From Sedimentisphaerales bacterium (GTDB taxonomy: Bacteria > Planctomycetota > Phycisphaerae > Sedimentisphaerales > SM23-30): DNA of 24,000 bases. The translations under genes and the position numbers were made by a program. Under the pieces are notes generated by a model. The model saw only the letters and a program-made list of their open reading frames with translations, searched no databases and was not told the origin of the DNA. Shown in pieces: positions 1 to 8,300 of this stretch. Where the stretch lies: contig JAFGFX010000053.1 in assembly GCA_016930855.1 (NCBI GenBank), positions 1 through 24,000 of the forward strand. The letters run 5' to 3'. Positions within the stretch are counted from its first letter, which is position 1. Each line of letters opens with the position of its first letter.

Positions 1-72
1 GGCAGAATAGGATTATCGGACGTCAGCCGGGCGGTTGAAGGGGTTTTTCCATAGACACGACGGGGATAGACC

Positions 73-142
73 TTAGGATACGGTCTGCCAGATAGGATTT
101 GCCAGACATGGTTGGCCAGATACGGTTTGACAGAGATTTGCT
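73..142 (+). repeat. Tandem array of a degenerate 14-bp direct repeat (approx GCCAGATACGGTTT), with three good and two weaker copies
   Basis: Units read directly: 87-100 GCCAGATAGGATTT, 101-114 GCCAGACATGGTTG, 115-128 GCCAGATACGGTTT. These are 11-12/14 identical pairwise and in exact 14-bp phase. Weaker flanking units lie at 73-86 (TTAGGATACGGTCT) and 129-142. A related copy GCAGAATAGGATTA lies at 2-15. The array sits about 155-225 bp upstream of the dehydrogenase ATG at 298. Confidence 0.6.
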
Positions 143-297
143 TTGTCGAAACGGGGCCTGGATGGCCGCCATCCTGGCATAAATGTACCCTGGCGCCGGG
201 CGGATACAGGGGTGTTCCGTCGGATCTCTCTGAGCCGGCCGGTGTTTTCGAGAGGGCATCGGACAGCAGAGTATCGATCTATCCGGGAGCGGATTGC

Positions 298-1332
298 ATG
301 AAGGCACTGGTCCTAACCGAATACAACCGTCTGGAATATAAAGAGATACCGCTGCCGACGCCGCAGGCGCACGAGGTGTTGATTGCGGTAAAGGCCTGCG
401 GGATCTGCGGCAGCGACGTGCACGGGATGGACGGCAGCAGCGGCCGACGGATCCCCCCCATCGTCATGGGCCACGAGGCCGCCGGCGTCATCGAGCAGGT
501 GGGCACCCAGGTAAGCGGCTTCCAGGCGGGCGATCGGGTCACCTTCGATTCGACGGTGTACTGTGGCCGGTGCCACTTCTGCCGGCAGGGCCGGATCAAT
601 CTCTGCGACGACCGACAGGTGCTGGGGGTATCCTGCCGCGAATACCGCCGGCAGGGCGCGTTGGCCGAGTACCTCGTCGTGCCCCAGCATATCCTCTACC
701 GGCTGCCGGAGACCCTCTCTTTCGAGCAGGCGGCGCTGGTCGAACCGCTGTCGGTGGCGGTTCACGCGGTCAGCCGGGCGCCGATCCGCCTGAACGATAC
801 CGCCGTGGTGGTGGGGGCCGGCATGATCGGCCTGCTGGTCATCCAGGTCCTGCGGGCGTCGGGGTGCGGCCGGATCGTCGCGGTGGATATCGATCGGCGG
901 CGGTTGGAGTTGGCCGGCTCGCTGGGAGCGGATATCACCTTGGACGGCCAGACCGATGACGTGGCCCGGCAGGTTCTGGAGCGGACAAACGGCCGGGGGG
1001 CGGATCTGGCCTGGGAGGCGGTGGGCAACCCCGCCGCGATACAGACCGCGATCGCCTGCCTGGGCAAGGGAGGCTCGCTTACCCTGGTGGGCAATATCAC
1101 CCCGGAAGCCGTACTGCCCTTGCAGGCGGTGGTCACGCGGGAATTGAGCCTGTTCGGCTCCTGCGCGTCCCGGGGGGAGTACCCGGCGTGCCTGGACCTG
1201 ATGGCCCGCGGGGCGATCCGTCTGGACCCCCTGATCAGCGCCACGGCCCCGCTGGCCGAGGGCGCCGCATGGTTCCGACGCCTGGCGGACAACAGGGAAG
1301 GTCTTCTGTTGAAGGTGATTCTGACGCCATGA
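298..1332 (+). CDS. Zn-dependent medium-chain alcohol/polyol dehydrogenase (sorbitol / L-threonine dehydrogenase-like, MDR family)
   Basis: Frame of ORF 112..1332; I place the start at ATG 298 (MKALVLTEY...), the usual MDR N-terminus. Catalytic Zn motif CGICGSDVH ... GHEAAG. Structural Zn cluster C-x2-C-x2-C-x7-C (CGRCHFCRQGRINLC). Rossmann motif VVGAGMIGLL. Confidence 0.85.
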   Translation: MKALVLTEYNRLEYKEIPLPTPQAHEVLIAVKACGICGSDVHGMDGSSGRRIPPIVMGHEAAGVIEQVGTQVSGFQAGDRVTFDSTVYCGRCHFCRQGRINLCDDRQVLGVSCREYRRQGALAEYLVVPQHILYRLPETLSFEQAALVEPLSVAVHAVSRAPIRLNDTAVVVGAGMIGLLVIQVLRASGCGRIVAVDIDRRRLELAGSLGADITLDGQTDDVARQVLERTNGRGADLAWEAVGNPAAIQTAIACLGKGGSLTLVGNITPEAVLPLQAVVTRELSLFGSCASRGEYPACLDLMARGAIRLDPLISATAPLAEGAAWFRRLADNREGLLLKVILTP

Positions 1333-2459
1333 ACCAGATAAAAACCGGCATCATCGGCTGCGGCAAGGTGGCTCACCTGCACGCCGCGGCCCTGCGCGAC
1401 GCACCGGAGTCGGCGTTTACGGCGGTTTGCTCCCGCAGCCGGGACAGGGCCCGGGCGTTCGCCGAGCGCTACCGGGTGGCCGCCTTCACCGACCTGGATG
1501 AATTTTTCGACCGTTCCGGCGTGGAGGCGGTGATCGTCTGCACGCCCCACCCGGCCCACGCGGCCGCGGCGATACGGGCGGCCCGGGCCGGCGTGCATGT
1601 CCTGGTGGAAAAACCGCTGGCCGCCTCGCTGGCCGACTGCGACGCGATGATCGACGCGGCCGAGCAGGCGGCGATCAAGCTGGGCGTCGTCTCGCAGCGG
1701 CGGTTCTACGCGCCCGTCCAGCGGGTCAAAAAGGCGATCGACGACGGCAAGATCGGCAGGCCCGTCCTGGCCCAGGTCACCATGCTCGGCTGGCGGGACG
1801 AGACGTATTACCAGAGCGATCCCTGGCGGGGCCGCTGGCGGGCCGAGGGCGGCGGTGTCCTGGTCAACCAGGCGCCGCATCAACTCGATCTTTTGCAATG
1901 GTTCCTGGGGCCCATCGAGGAGTTGTTCGGCTACTGGGCCAACCTGAATCATCCCACCATCGAGGTGGAGGATACGGCGATCGCGGTCCTGCGGTTTCGC
2001 AGCGGCGCCCTGGGCGCCATCCTGGCCAGCAACGCCCAGAACCCGGCCCTGTACGGCAGGGTGCACGTCCACGGCGCCAACGGCGCGTCGATCGGCGTCC
2101 AGACCGACGGCGGCGCCATGTTCGTGGCCGGCATGTCGGATATCGCCGAGCCGCCGATCAACGACCTCTGGACGGTGCCGCGGGAGGAACACTGTCTCGA
2201 GAAATGGCAACAAGAGGATGCGGATTTCTTTGGGACGATCCAGGCCACCGAATACTATCATAAGCTCCAGGCGCAGGATTTTCTCCAGGCGATCCAGCAG
2301 GACCGCGACCCGCTGGTGACCGCCAGCCAGGGGCGCGTCACCGTGGAGATCTTCACCGCCATCTACCGGGCCCAGCGGGATAAGGCCCCGGTGCGATTTC
2401 CCCTATCGGCCGAGACCGACCGGGACGACTACGACGGCCGGTATATCACACCGCCCTAG
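1329..2459 (+). CDS. Gfo/Idh/MocA family NAD(P)-dependent oxidoreductase (cytoplasmic, no signal peptide)
   Basis: Frame of ORF 1188..2459; start placed at ATG 1329 (MNQIKTGIIGCGKVAHLH = Rossmann GxGxxG). EKP motif present (VLVEKPLA). ATG 1329-1331 overlaps the upstream TGA 1330-1332 (ATGA), suggesting translational coupling. Confidence 0.85.
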   Translation: MNQIKTGIIGCGKVAHLHAAALRDAPESAFTAVCSRSRDRARAFAERYRVAAFTDLDEFFDRSGVEAVIVCTPHPAHAAAAIRAARAGVHVLVEKPLAASLADCDAMIDAAEQAAIKLGVVSQRRFYAPVQRVKKAIDDGKIGRPVLAQVTMLGWRDETYYQSDPWRGRWRAEGGGVLVNQAPHQLDLLQWFLGPIEELFGYWANLNHPTIEVEDTAIAVLRFRSGALGAILASNAQNPALYGRVHVHGANGASIGVQTDGGAMFVAGMSDIAEPPINDLWTVPREEHCLEKWQQEDADFFGTIQATEYYHKLQAQDFLQAIQQDRDPLVTASQGRVTVEIFTAIYRAQRDKAPVRFPLSAETDRDDYDGRYITPP

Positions 2460-2480
2460 GAAAGCGAAAGGACGCCGATC

Positions 2481-2672
2481 ATGCTAACCATGCTGGAAGT
2501 GGTGGGGACCTCGACAAAAAGCTTTTCCGACGCGGTCCGAACGGCGGTGGATCGGCTCCTCGAAGACGGCAAACGCGTGCATTTCTTCGAGGTCATTGAG
2601 CAGCGCGGGGCGGTCCGTGAGGGAAAGCTCAAGGAGTTCCAGGTCAAGGTCAAGATCGCCGTCGAGATGTAG
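2481..2672 (+). CDS. Dodecin family flavin-binding protein (63 aa)
   Basis: MLEVVGTSTKSFSDAVRTAV...HFFEVIEQRGAV.EGKLKEFQVKVKIAV aligns along its full length with the bacterial dodecin pattern (V-x-G-x-S-x-x-S-x-x-x-A ... W/F-F-E-V ... R-G ... Y/F-Q-V ... V-x-F). Size is typical. RBS GAAAGGA lies 8 nt upstream. Confidence 0.75.
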   Translation: MLTMLEVVGTSTKSFSDAVRTAVDRLLEDGKRVHFFEVIEQRGAVREGKLKEFQVKVKIAVEM

Positions 2673-2779
2673 CCGGCCCGAAACGCACCGTACCGGGCCA
2701 TTCAAATCGATCCGCCTATACGAAAACATCGTGCCGGAATTGTCTGGAAACTCTGACGCAACCGGTAGGGGCGAAAACC

Positions 2780-4126
2780 ATGATACAGCCGGAACGGATT
2801 CAACGACTCAACCGCCACGATGATCGGGACGGCGCGTACGTGCTCTACTGGATGCAGTCGGCCCAGCGGGCTGAATACAACCACGCCCTGGAGTACGCCA
2901 TCGGCCAGGCCAATCGATGCGCCCGGCCCCTGCTGGTGTTTTTCGGCCTGACCGACGACTATCCCGGGGCCAACGAGCGACACTACACCTTTATGCTCGA
3001 GGGCCTGCGGGAGGTCCAGCTCGATCTGGCCAAACGGGGGATCGCCTTCGCCGTCCAGCACGTCCCCCCGGACGAAGGGGCGGCGCGTCTGGCCCGGCGG
3101 GCCTGCCGGCTAATTACTGACGAGGGGTACACCGAGATCCAGCGGCGCTGGCGGCGCCGGGTAGCGCGGACGATCGACTGTCCGCTGATCCAGGTGGAAA
3201 CCAACGTCGTCGTGCCGGTCGCGACCGTATCGAACCGGGAGGAATACGCCGCCGCGACCATCCGGCCGAAGATCCACCGGCACCTGGAGGCGTTTTGCCG
3301 GCCGCTGAGGAAACGCCAACTCAACCGGTCGTCGCTGGACCTGGATGTCCCCCGCCTCGATCTGGGCGACGTGGACAGGGTCATCGCCCGTCTGGACATC
3401 GACCGGGGCGTGTCCCGCTCGGACGTCTACGTCGGGGGAAACCGCCGGGCGCAGGCGCTGCTGCGACGATTCATCCGGTGCAAGCTGGACGCCTACGCCG
3501 ACGACCGCCACGATCCGAACCGCGACGGAGTGTCGCACCTTAGCCCCTATCTGCATTTCGGCCAGATCTCGCCGCTCTACGTCGCCCTGCAGGTTCGCCC
3601 CGCCGATAGTCCCGGCGGCGCGGCGTTTCTGGAAGAACTGATCGTGCGGCGGGAGCTGGCGGTGAATTTCGTCCGCTATAACCGCTTCTACCGGACCCTG
3701 GGGTGCCTGCCGAACTGGGCCCGCAACCAACTGAAGGCCTGCGCCCGCGACAAGCGGCCCTACGTCTATCGCCTGGAGGAGCTGGAGGCCGCCCGGACGC
3801 ACGATCCCTACTGGAACGCGGCCCAGCGCCAAATGGTGCTGACCGGCAGGATGCACGGCTATATGCGGATGTACTGGGGTAAAAAAATCCTGGAATGGAC
3901 CCGCTCGCCCGGCCAGGCCTACCGGATCGCCGTGTACCTCAACGACAAATACGAGCTGGACGGCCGCGATCCGAACGGCTACGCGGGCATCGCCTGGTGC
4001 TTCGGCAAGCACGACCGGCCCTGGGCCGGCCGGCCGATCTTCGGAAACGTGCGCTACATGAACGCCGCCGGCCTGAAACGCAAGTTCGACGCCGACCGCT
4101 ACGCGGCGCGGTTCAACGCGCCGTGA
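2780..4126 (+). CDS. phr: Class II cyclobutane pyrimidine dimer photolyase (deoxyribodipyrimidine photo-lyase)
   Basis: N-terminal YVLYWMQSAQRAEYNHAL and FMLEGLREV, and C-terminal MHGYMRMYWGKKILEW...YLNDKYELDGRDPNGYAGIAWCFGKHDRPW...RYMNAAGLKRKFD. These are the hallmark conserved blocks of class II photolyases. Confidence 0.9.
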   Translation: MIQPERIQRLNRHDDRDGAYVLYWMQSAQRAEYNHALEYAIGQANRCARPLLVFFGLTDDYPGANERHYTFMLEGLREVQLDLAKRGIAFAVQHVPPDEGAARLARRACRLITDEGYTEIQRRWRRRVARTIDCPLIQVETNVVVPVATVSNREEYAAATIRPKIHRHLEAFCRPLRKRQLNRSSLDLDVPRLDLGDVDRVIARLDIDRGVSRSDVYVGGNRRAQALLRRFIRCKLDAYADDRHDPNRDGVSHLSPYLHFGQISPLYVALQVRPADSPGGAAFLEELIVRRELAVNFVRYNRFYRTLGCLPNWARNQLKACARDKRPYVYRLEELEAARTHDPYWNAAQRQMVLTGRMHGYMRMYWGKKILEWTRSPGQAYRIAVYLNDKYELDGRDPNGYAGIAWCFGKHDRPWAGRPIFGNVRYMNAAGLKRKFDADRYAARFNAP

Positions 4127-4274
4127 ACGGATCCGCCGCCGGGTCGTGGGCGTCAAAAGTCCCGGGCGGAAATCTCCGGATCGAGATCGGCGCCAACGGA
4201 GTTTGCCCCTCTACAGGGTGCGCTGGCAGCCCAAGAAAGAAGCCCCTGGTTCGCGACATACACCGGTAGTTGTT

Positions 4275-4388
4275 GCCCACCCGCAGTGAGAATCCGTTGG
4301 CCGAGGCTTCGGTGGCCCATAAGAGAAATCGCCGGTACGCAGCAGGGACCGGCAACGCAGGCCCACCCGCAGAGCGGATCAGTTGGCC
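4275..4388. repeat. Two copies of a ~28-bp imperfect direct repeat, 86 bp apart, with a 12-bp perfect core GCCCACCCGCAG
   Basis: Copy 1 is 4275-4302 GCCCACCCGCAGTGAGAATCCGTTGGCC. Copy 2 is 4361-4388 GCCCACCCGCAGAGCGGATCAGTTGGCC. Identity is 12/12 in the core plus 11/16 in the tail. Copy 2 spans the stop codon and last codons of the LysM gene on the minus strand. Confidence 0.7.
4321..4355 (-). terminator. Candidate intrinsic terminator of the LysM gene
   Basis: On the minus strand, 23 nt after the stop: stem TTGCCGGT / ACCGGCGA (8 bp, one G-U pair), 11-nt loop, then TTTCTCTT. Confidence 0.5.
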
Positions 4389-4981
4389 GGGGGGGCGGCG
4401 CCCTCAAGGCGGGCGGCGATCTCCTCCGGATAGGGGATGCGCAGCTTCCAGCCGACCTGCAGGACGTCCGGATTCTTGATCAGGCCTCGATTGGCCTGAT
4501 AGATCTCGTTCCAGTAGCGCCCATGGCCGTAATATTTCTCCGAGATGTCGCTGAGGTTGTCGTTTTTTTGGACCACGTAATACTGCGGTTCCTTGGTCTC
4601 GGCCGGCTCGGGTACGGCGATCGGCTCGGTCAAATCCGTATACTGTCGCAGGGCCGGGACCACGTCGTCGCCGCCGACCGGCCGGGGGCCGGTCGCCTCG
4701 GCGCTGCGATCCCTGCCGGCCGGCATGACGATCTCGATAACCGGTTTGGTCCCGGCCAGATCCGGCCCAGGCCCCGCGGGCGTTCCGGAAGTGTCATTAT
4801 CCGGTGGCGCCGGGGGATTTGGCTGTTGAGGTTCATTATTTCCCCCGACCTGCATCAACGTTCCGTCTTGAGGTTGCCCCGGTTCGCTTGGCGGCGACTG
4901 GTCTTTGCGCATCTGAAAGACGATCAATACGACAACCAGCACAACCCCCACGACGATCCCGATCTTCCATTCGCTCCGCAT
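4379..4981 (-). CDS. Membrane-anchored LysM (peptidoglycan-binding) domain protein
   Basis: N-terminal TM helix (IGIVVGVVLVVVLIVF), a Pro/Gly-rich linker, and a C-terminal LysM motif (YYVVQKNDNLSDISEKYYGHGRYWNEIYQANRGLIKNPDVLQVGWKLRIP). RBS GGGAGG lies upstream of ATG 4981. Confidence 0.85.
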   Translation of the reverse strand: MRSEWKIGIVVGVVLVVVLIVFQMRKDQSPPSEPGQPQDGTLMQVGGNNEPQQPNPPAPPDNDTSGTPAGPGPDLAGTKPVIEIVMPAGRDRSAEATGPRPVGGDDVVPALRQYTDLTEPIAVPEPAETKEPQYYVVQKNDNLSDISEKYYGHGRYWNEIYQANRGLIKNPDVLQVGWKLRIPYPEEIAARLEGAAPPAN

Positions 4982-5300
4982 GACACACCTCCCTGTGACG
5001 GTCTTTTCGGCCGTAAAACCCCGAACCGTAATGCGGTTGACAAAACCAACTGAACCGGGCCGCCGAACCAGATCCGATCAGGCCGGCCAAATCACTCGGC
5101 GGATCTCCCGGCCGGCCTCGACGGATCAACCAGAGCGATCCCCTGGTGTTCAACAATGCACCCGGACCGCTGTAAGTCCTTATACGACAATATAATACAC
5201 CTGCCGGCAACCGGCGGCCGCCAAATGCCCCGGACGGCCTTTTACTCGTTGGGAAGTTATTATACCCATTCGCTGATCTATTGACAACGAAACAGGCGGA

Positions 5301-5327
5301 CCGGCGGCCGGGATTTTTCGCCGCCGG
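5301..5327 (-). terminator. Candidate terminator hairpin after secDF
   Basis: Perfect 8-bp GC stem CCGGCGGC (5301-5308) / GCCGCCGG (5320-5327) with an 11-nt loop, starting 9 nt after the secDF stop. The trailing minus-strand sequence TCCGCCTGTTTCGTTG is only weakly U-rich. Confidence 0.4.
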
Positions 5328-5336
5328 GGAACCGAC

Positions 5337-8300
5337 TCAGGCGGTCGTGGGTTTTTCCTTGCGGCCGATTCCCACGGGACGGGCGGCCGCCTGCTTCTTT
5401 TCCGGTTGTTCGGCGCGGGCGCCATACAGCAGGGGGGCGGCGATCCCGATCGAGGAATACGTCCCCACAAAAATCCCAATGAACAGAACATAGTTGAATC
5501 CCCGCAGGCCCGGGCCGCCCCAGATGTACATGATGATCAGCACAATCATCGTGGTCCCCGAGGTCAGGATCGTACGGGAGAGGGTCTGGTTGATGCTGTT
5601 GTTGATGATATGGGACGACAGGGTCGCCAGTTTGCCGCGGTTTTCGCGGATGCGGTCGAACACGACGATCGTATCGTTCATCGAGTACCCGATCACGGTT
5701 AGAAATCCGGCGATCATCGGCAGGTCGATCTTGAAATCGCTGATCAGCAGGAAACGCCCCACGGCGGTTTCCGACAACCACGCCGACGCGGCCACCATGC
5801 CCATGGCGATGCTGACGTCATGGACCAGGGCGATGACGGCCGCCATGCCGAACCGCACCGTCCCGAACCGAATCCAGATGTAGATGATGATCGCCACCAG
5901 CGAAAAGACGATCGCCACCAGGGCGTCGTTGCGGCTCTTGCTGCCCACGGAGGGATCGATCTGGGTGACCTGGGGCAGCGAGGTGGTCCAGTCCAGCGTC
6001 TCGCGGAACCACCCGGTGATCCCGGCGGCAAACTCATCCCAATCGACCTCGCCGCCGCCGTAGATCAACTCGCGCGGCAGAACGGCCAGTTCGACGGCCG
6101 ACAGGGGCTGGTCGTTCGCGACCGCCTTGTTGTCCGGGGCGAACAGGGCGAAGGGATTGTCGCCGAAATGCTCGAAGCCGCTGCGGGTGCGGCTCCGTTC
6201 GAACCGCTCGCGCAGACGGGGCATGGTTTCGGTCTGGGTTTCGCCGAATTGCGTCCGCAGCCAGAGGCCGCCCTGGTACTCCTGGAGGTAGGGCCGTTGC
6301 CGGACGAGCTCCTCGGTAACCCGGGCGCTTTGCACGTCCCGGACCGCCAGCGATTCCAGTACGTCGAGTTTTCCTTCCAGGGCCGTGAGCACCGCCCGGC
6401 TGACGATGGGATCGGTGGCGATCTGGCCGTACTGCACCGGCGACATGTGCGTCAGGGCCGCGCGGATGATCCGCCGGACGCGGTCGGCGTTGGTCTGGGC
6501 CACCTGGACGCGGTAGGAGGACGGCTCGTCGCCGCCGGTCACGGTGGCTTGATCCATGTCGCCGACGCGCTGGTCCTCGGCGGTGGTGCGGATCTGCCGC
6601 TGCAATTCCTCGGCGTCGAGGGTGGCGCCGCCCTGGACGGTCAGCATGACGTCCAGGCCGTCGTCCCGCTTGTGGACCGACTCGATCTGCACGGGGGCCA
6701 ATTTCAAGAGGGCCCGCTGGAGCACGTCGCGCACCGTGTTCAGGTTGGTCTGGTTGGTGACCAGGGTGAACTGGCCCGGCTCGCTCTCGCCGGTGACCAC
6801 GGCGTTGCCCATGCGCCGGGGGTCCTGGGCCTCGCGGGCGGCCTGGCGGACGGCGTCCTGGATCTGGGCCGCCGTCAGGGGCGACCCGGCCGTTTTCTGC
6901 AGCGCCACCTTGAGGCGGTTGGTCTCGGTGGTGACGATCTCGAATTCCTTGCGCGGGTCATTGTCGCGGAAGATGCGCTGGACCCGGGCATTTTCGATCT
7001 GGGGGTAGCCCATCTCCCTGCCGGCCTGCTGCACGGCGGCCTCCACGTCGGCGCGGGTCATCTCCTTGCCGGCCTCGTTGAGCACCACGTGGATATTGGT
7101 CCCGCCGGTGAACTCGATGGAGTACTTGCTGTTGGTCTGCTCGTCGCGGCCGAGAAATACGATCCAGGCGCCCACCACGACCAGCGCCGAGACGATGAAG
7201 AACACCGGCCGGGCCCGCATCCAGTCCACCTGCGCGTTCTTGATGAACTGCAACATCCGGATCTTGTTTTTCAGCCAGCGGCGGCCGGTGAACAGGTCGA
7301 ACACGGCCCGGGTAACGAACAGCGCCGTGAACATGCTGCTGACGATGCCGATCATCAGCGTCAGGGCGAATCCCTTGACCTCTTCCGAGGCGAGCAGCCA
7401 CAGGATCAGGGCCGTCACGAACGTCGTCACGTTGGCGTCGATAATCGTGCTCAGGGCCCGGCTGTAGCCGTTGTGGATGGCCATGCGCAGGGACGAGCCG
7501 CGGGTCTGTTCCTCCCGAATCCGCTCGAACACCAGCACGTTGGCGTCCACCGCCATGCCGATCGTCAGGATCAGACCGGCGATGCCGGGCATGGTGAACG
7601 TCGCCCGGCTGAAGGCCATGATCCCCGTGATCAGCAGCAGGTTCATGAACAGCGCCAGGTCGGCCAGGCTGCCGGCGAACATGTAATAGACCAGCATGAA
7701 ACCCGCCACGGCGATCAGGCCGATCATCCCGGCCTTCAGTCCGGAGGCCAGATTGTCATGGCCCATCGTCGGGCCGATGGTGTTTTCGCTGATGGGCTGA
7801 TCGCTCAGGCGGGCCGGCAGCGAGCCGGCGTTCAACTTGTCCACCAGGTCCTGGACCTCCTGCGGCGTGAAGCTGCCGCGAATGATCCCGCTCTGGTAGA
7901 TCGGCTCATCGATGCTGGGGGCCGAGATGGCCTCGTCGTCCAGGAAGATGCCCAGCAACCGGTCCTTGTGGGCCTTGGTCAGGTCCCAGAACAGGCTGGT
8001 GCCCGCCTCGTTGAAGCTGAATCCCACGGCGGGGCGGCCCAACGAGTCGCTGGTGGGGCGGCAGTTGCGCAGCTGCCAGCCCTCGCCCCCCGGGACATGC
8101 AGCATGGTCTCTTCCGGCCGGTTCGAGGCCAACACGTAATCCACGCCGAGGTACACCCCGCGGACCACGTCCCGCCGGAAATCGTCCGGCGAGCGGATTT
8201 GCATCCAGGCGTACTTGTCATCGCTGGAGCGGATCGGGCCCACTTCCTGGAGGCCCTCGGTATAGCGCTCGATCTCGCTGTTGGTCAATTCGCCGGGCAG

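Noticed and set aside
112-297. N-terminal extension of the dehydrogenase ORF as given in the ORF track
   Set aside because: The extension (MARYGLTEICFVETGPGWPP...) is not MDR-like and overlaps the 14-bp repeat array. The family N-terminus MKALVL begins at ATG 298.
762-2261. 499-aa ORF on the minus strand across the dehydrogenase and oxidoreductase genes
   Set aside because: It is antisense to two well-supported CDSs and spans their junction. Its Arg/Pro/Gly/Ala-rich composition has no family signature, so it is a shadow ORF.
2673-2699. Hairpin after the dodecin gene as a terminator
   Set aside because: It has only a 6-bp stem (GGCCCG/CGGGCC), a 13-nt loop and no U-tract. This is too weak to call, and dodecin and photolyase may be co-transcribed.
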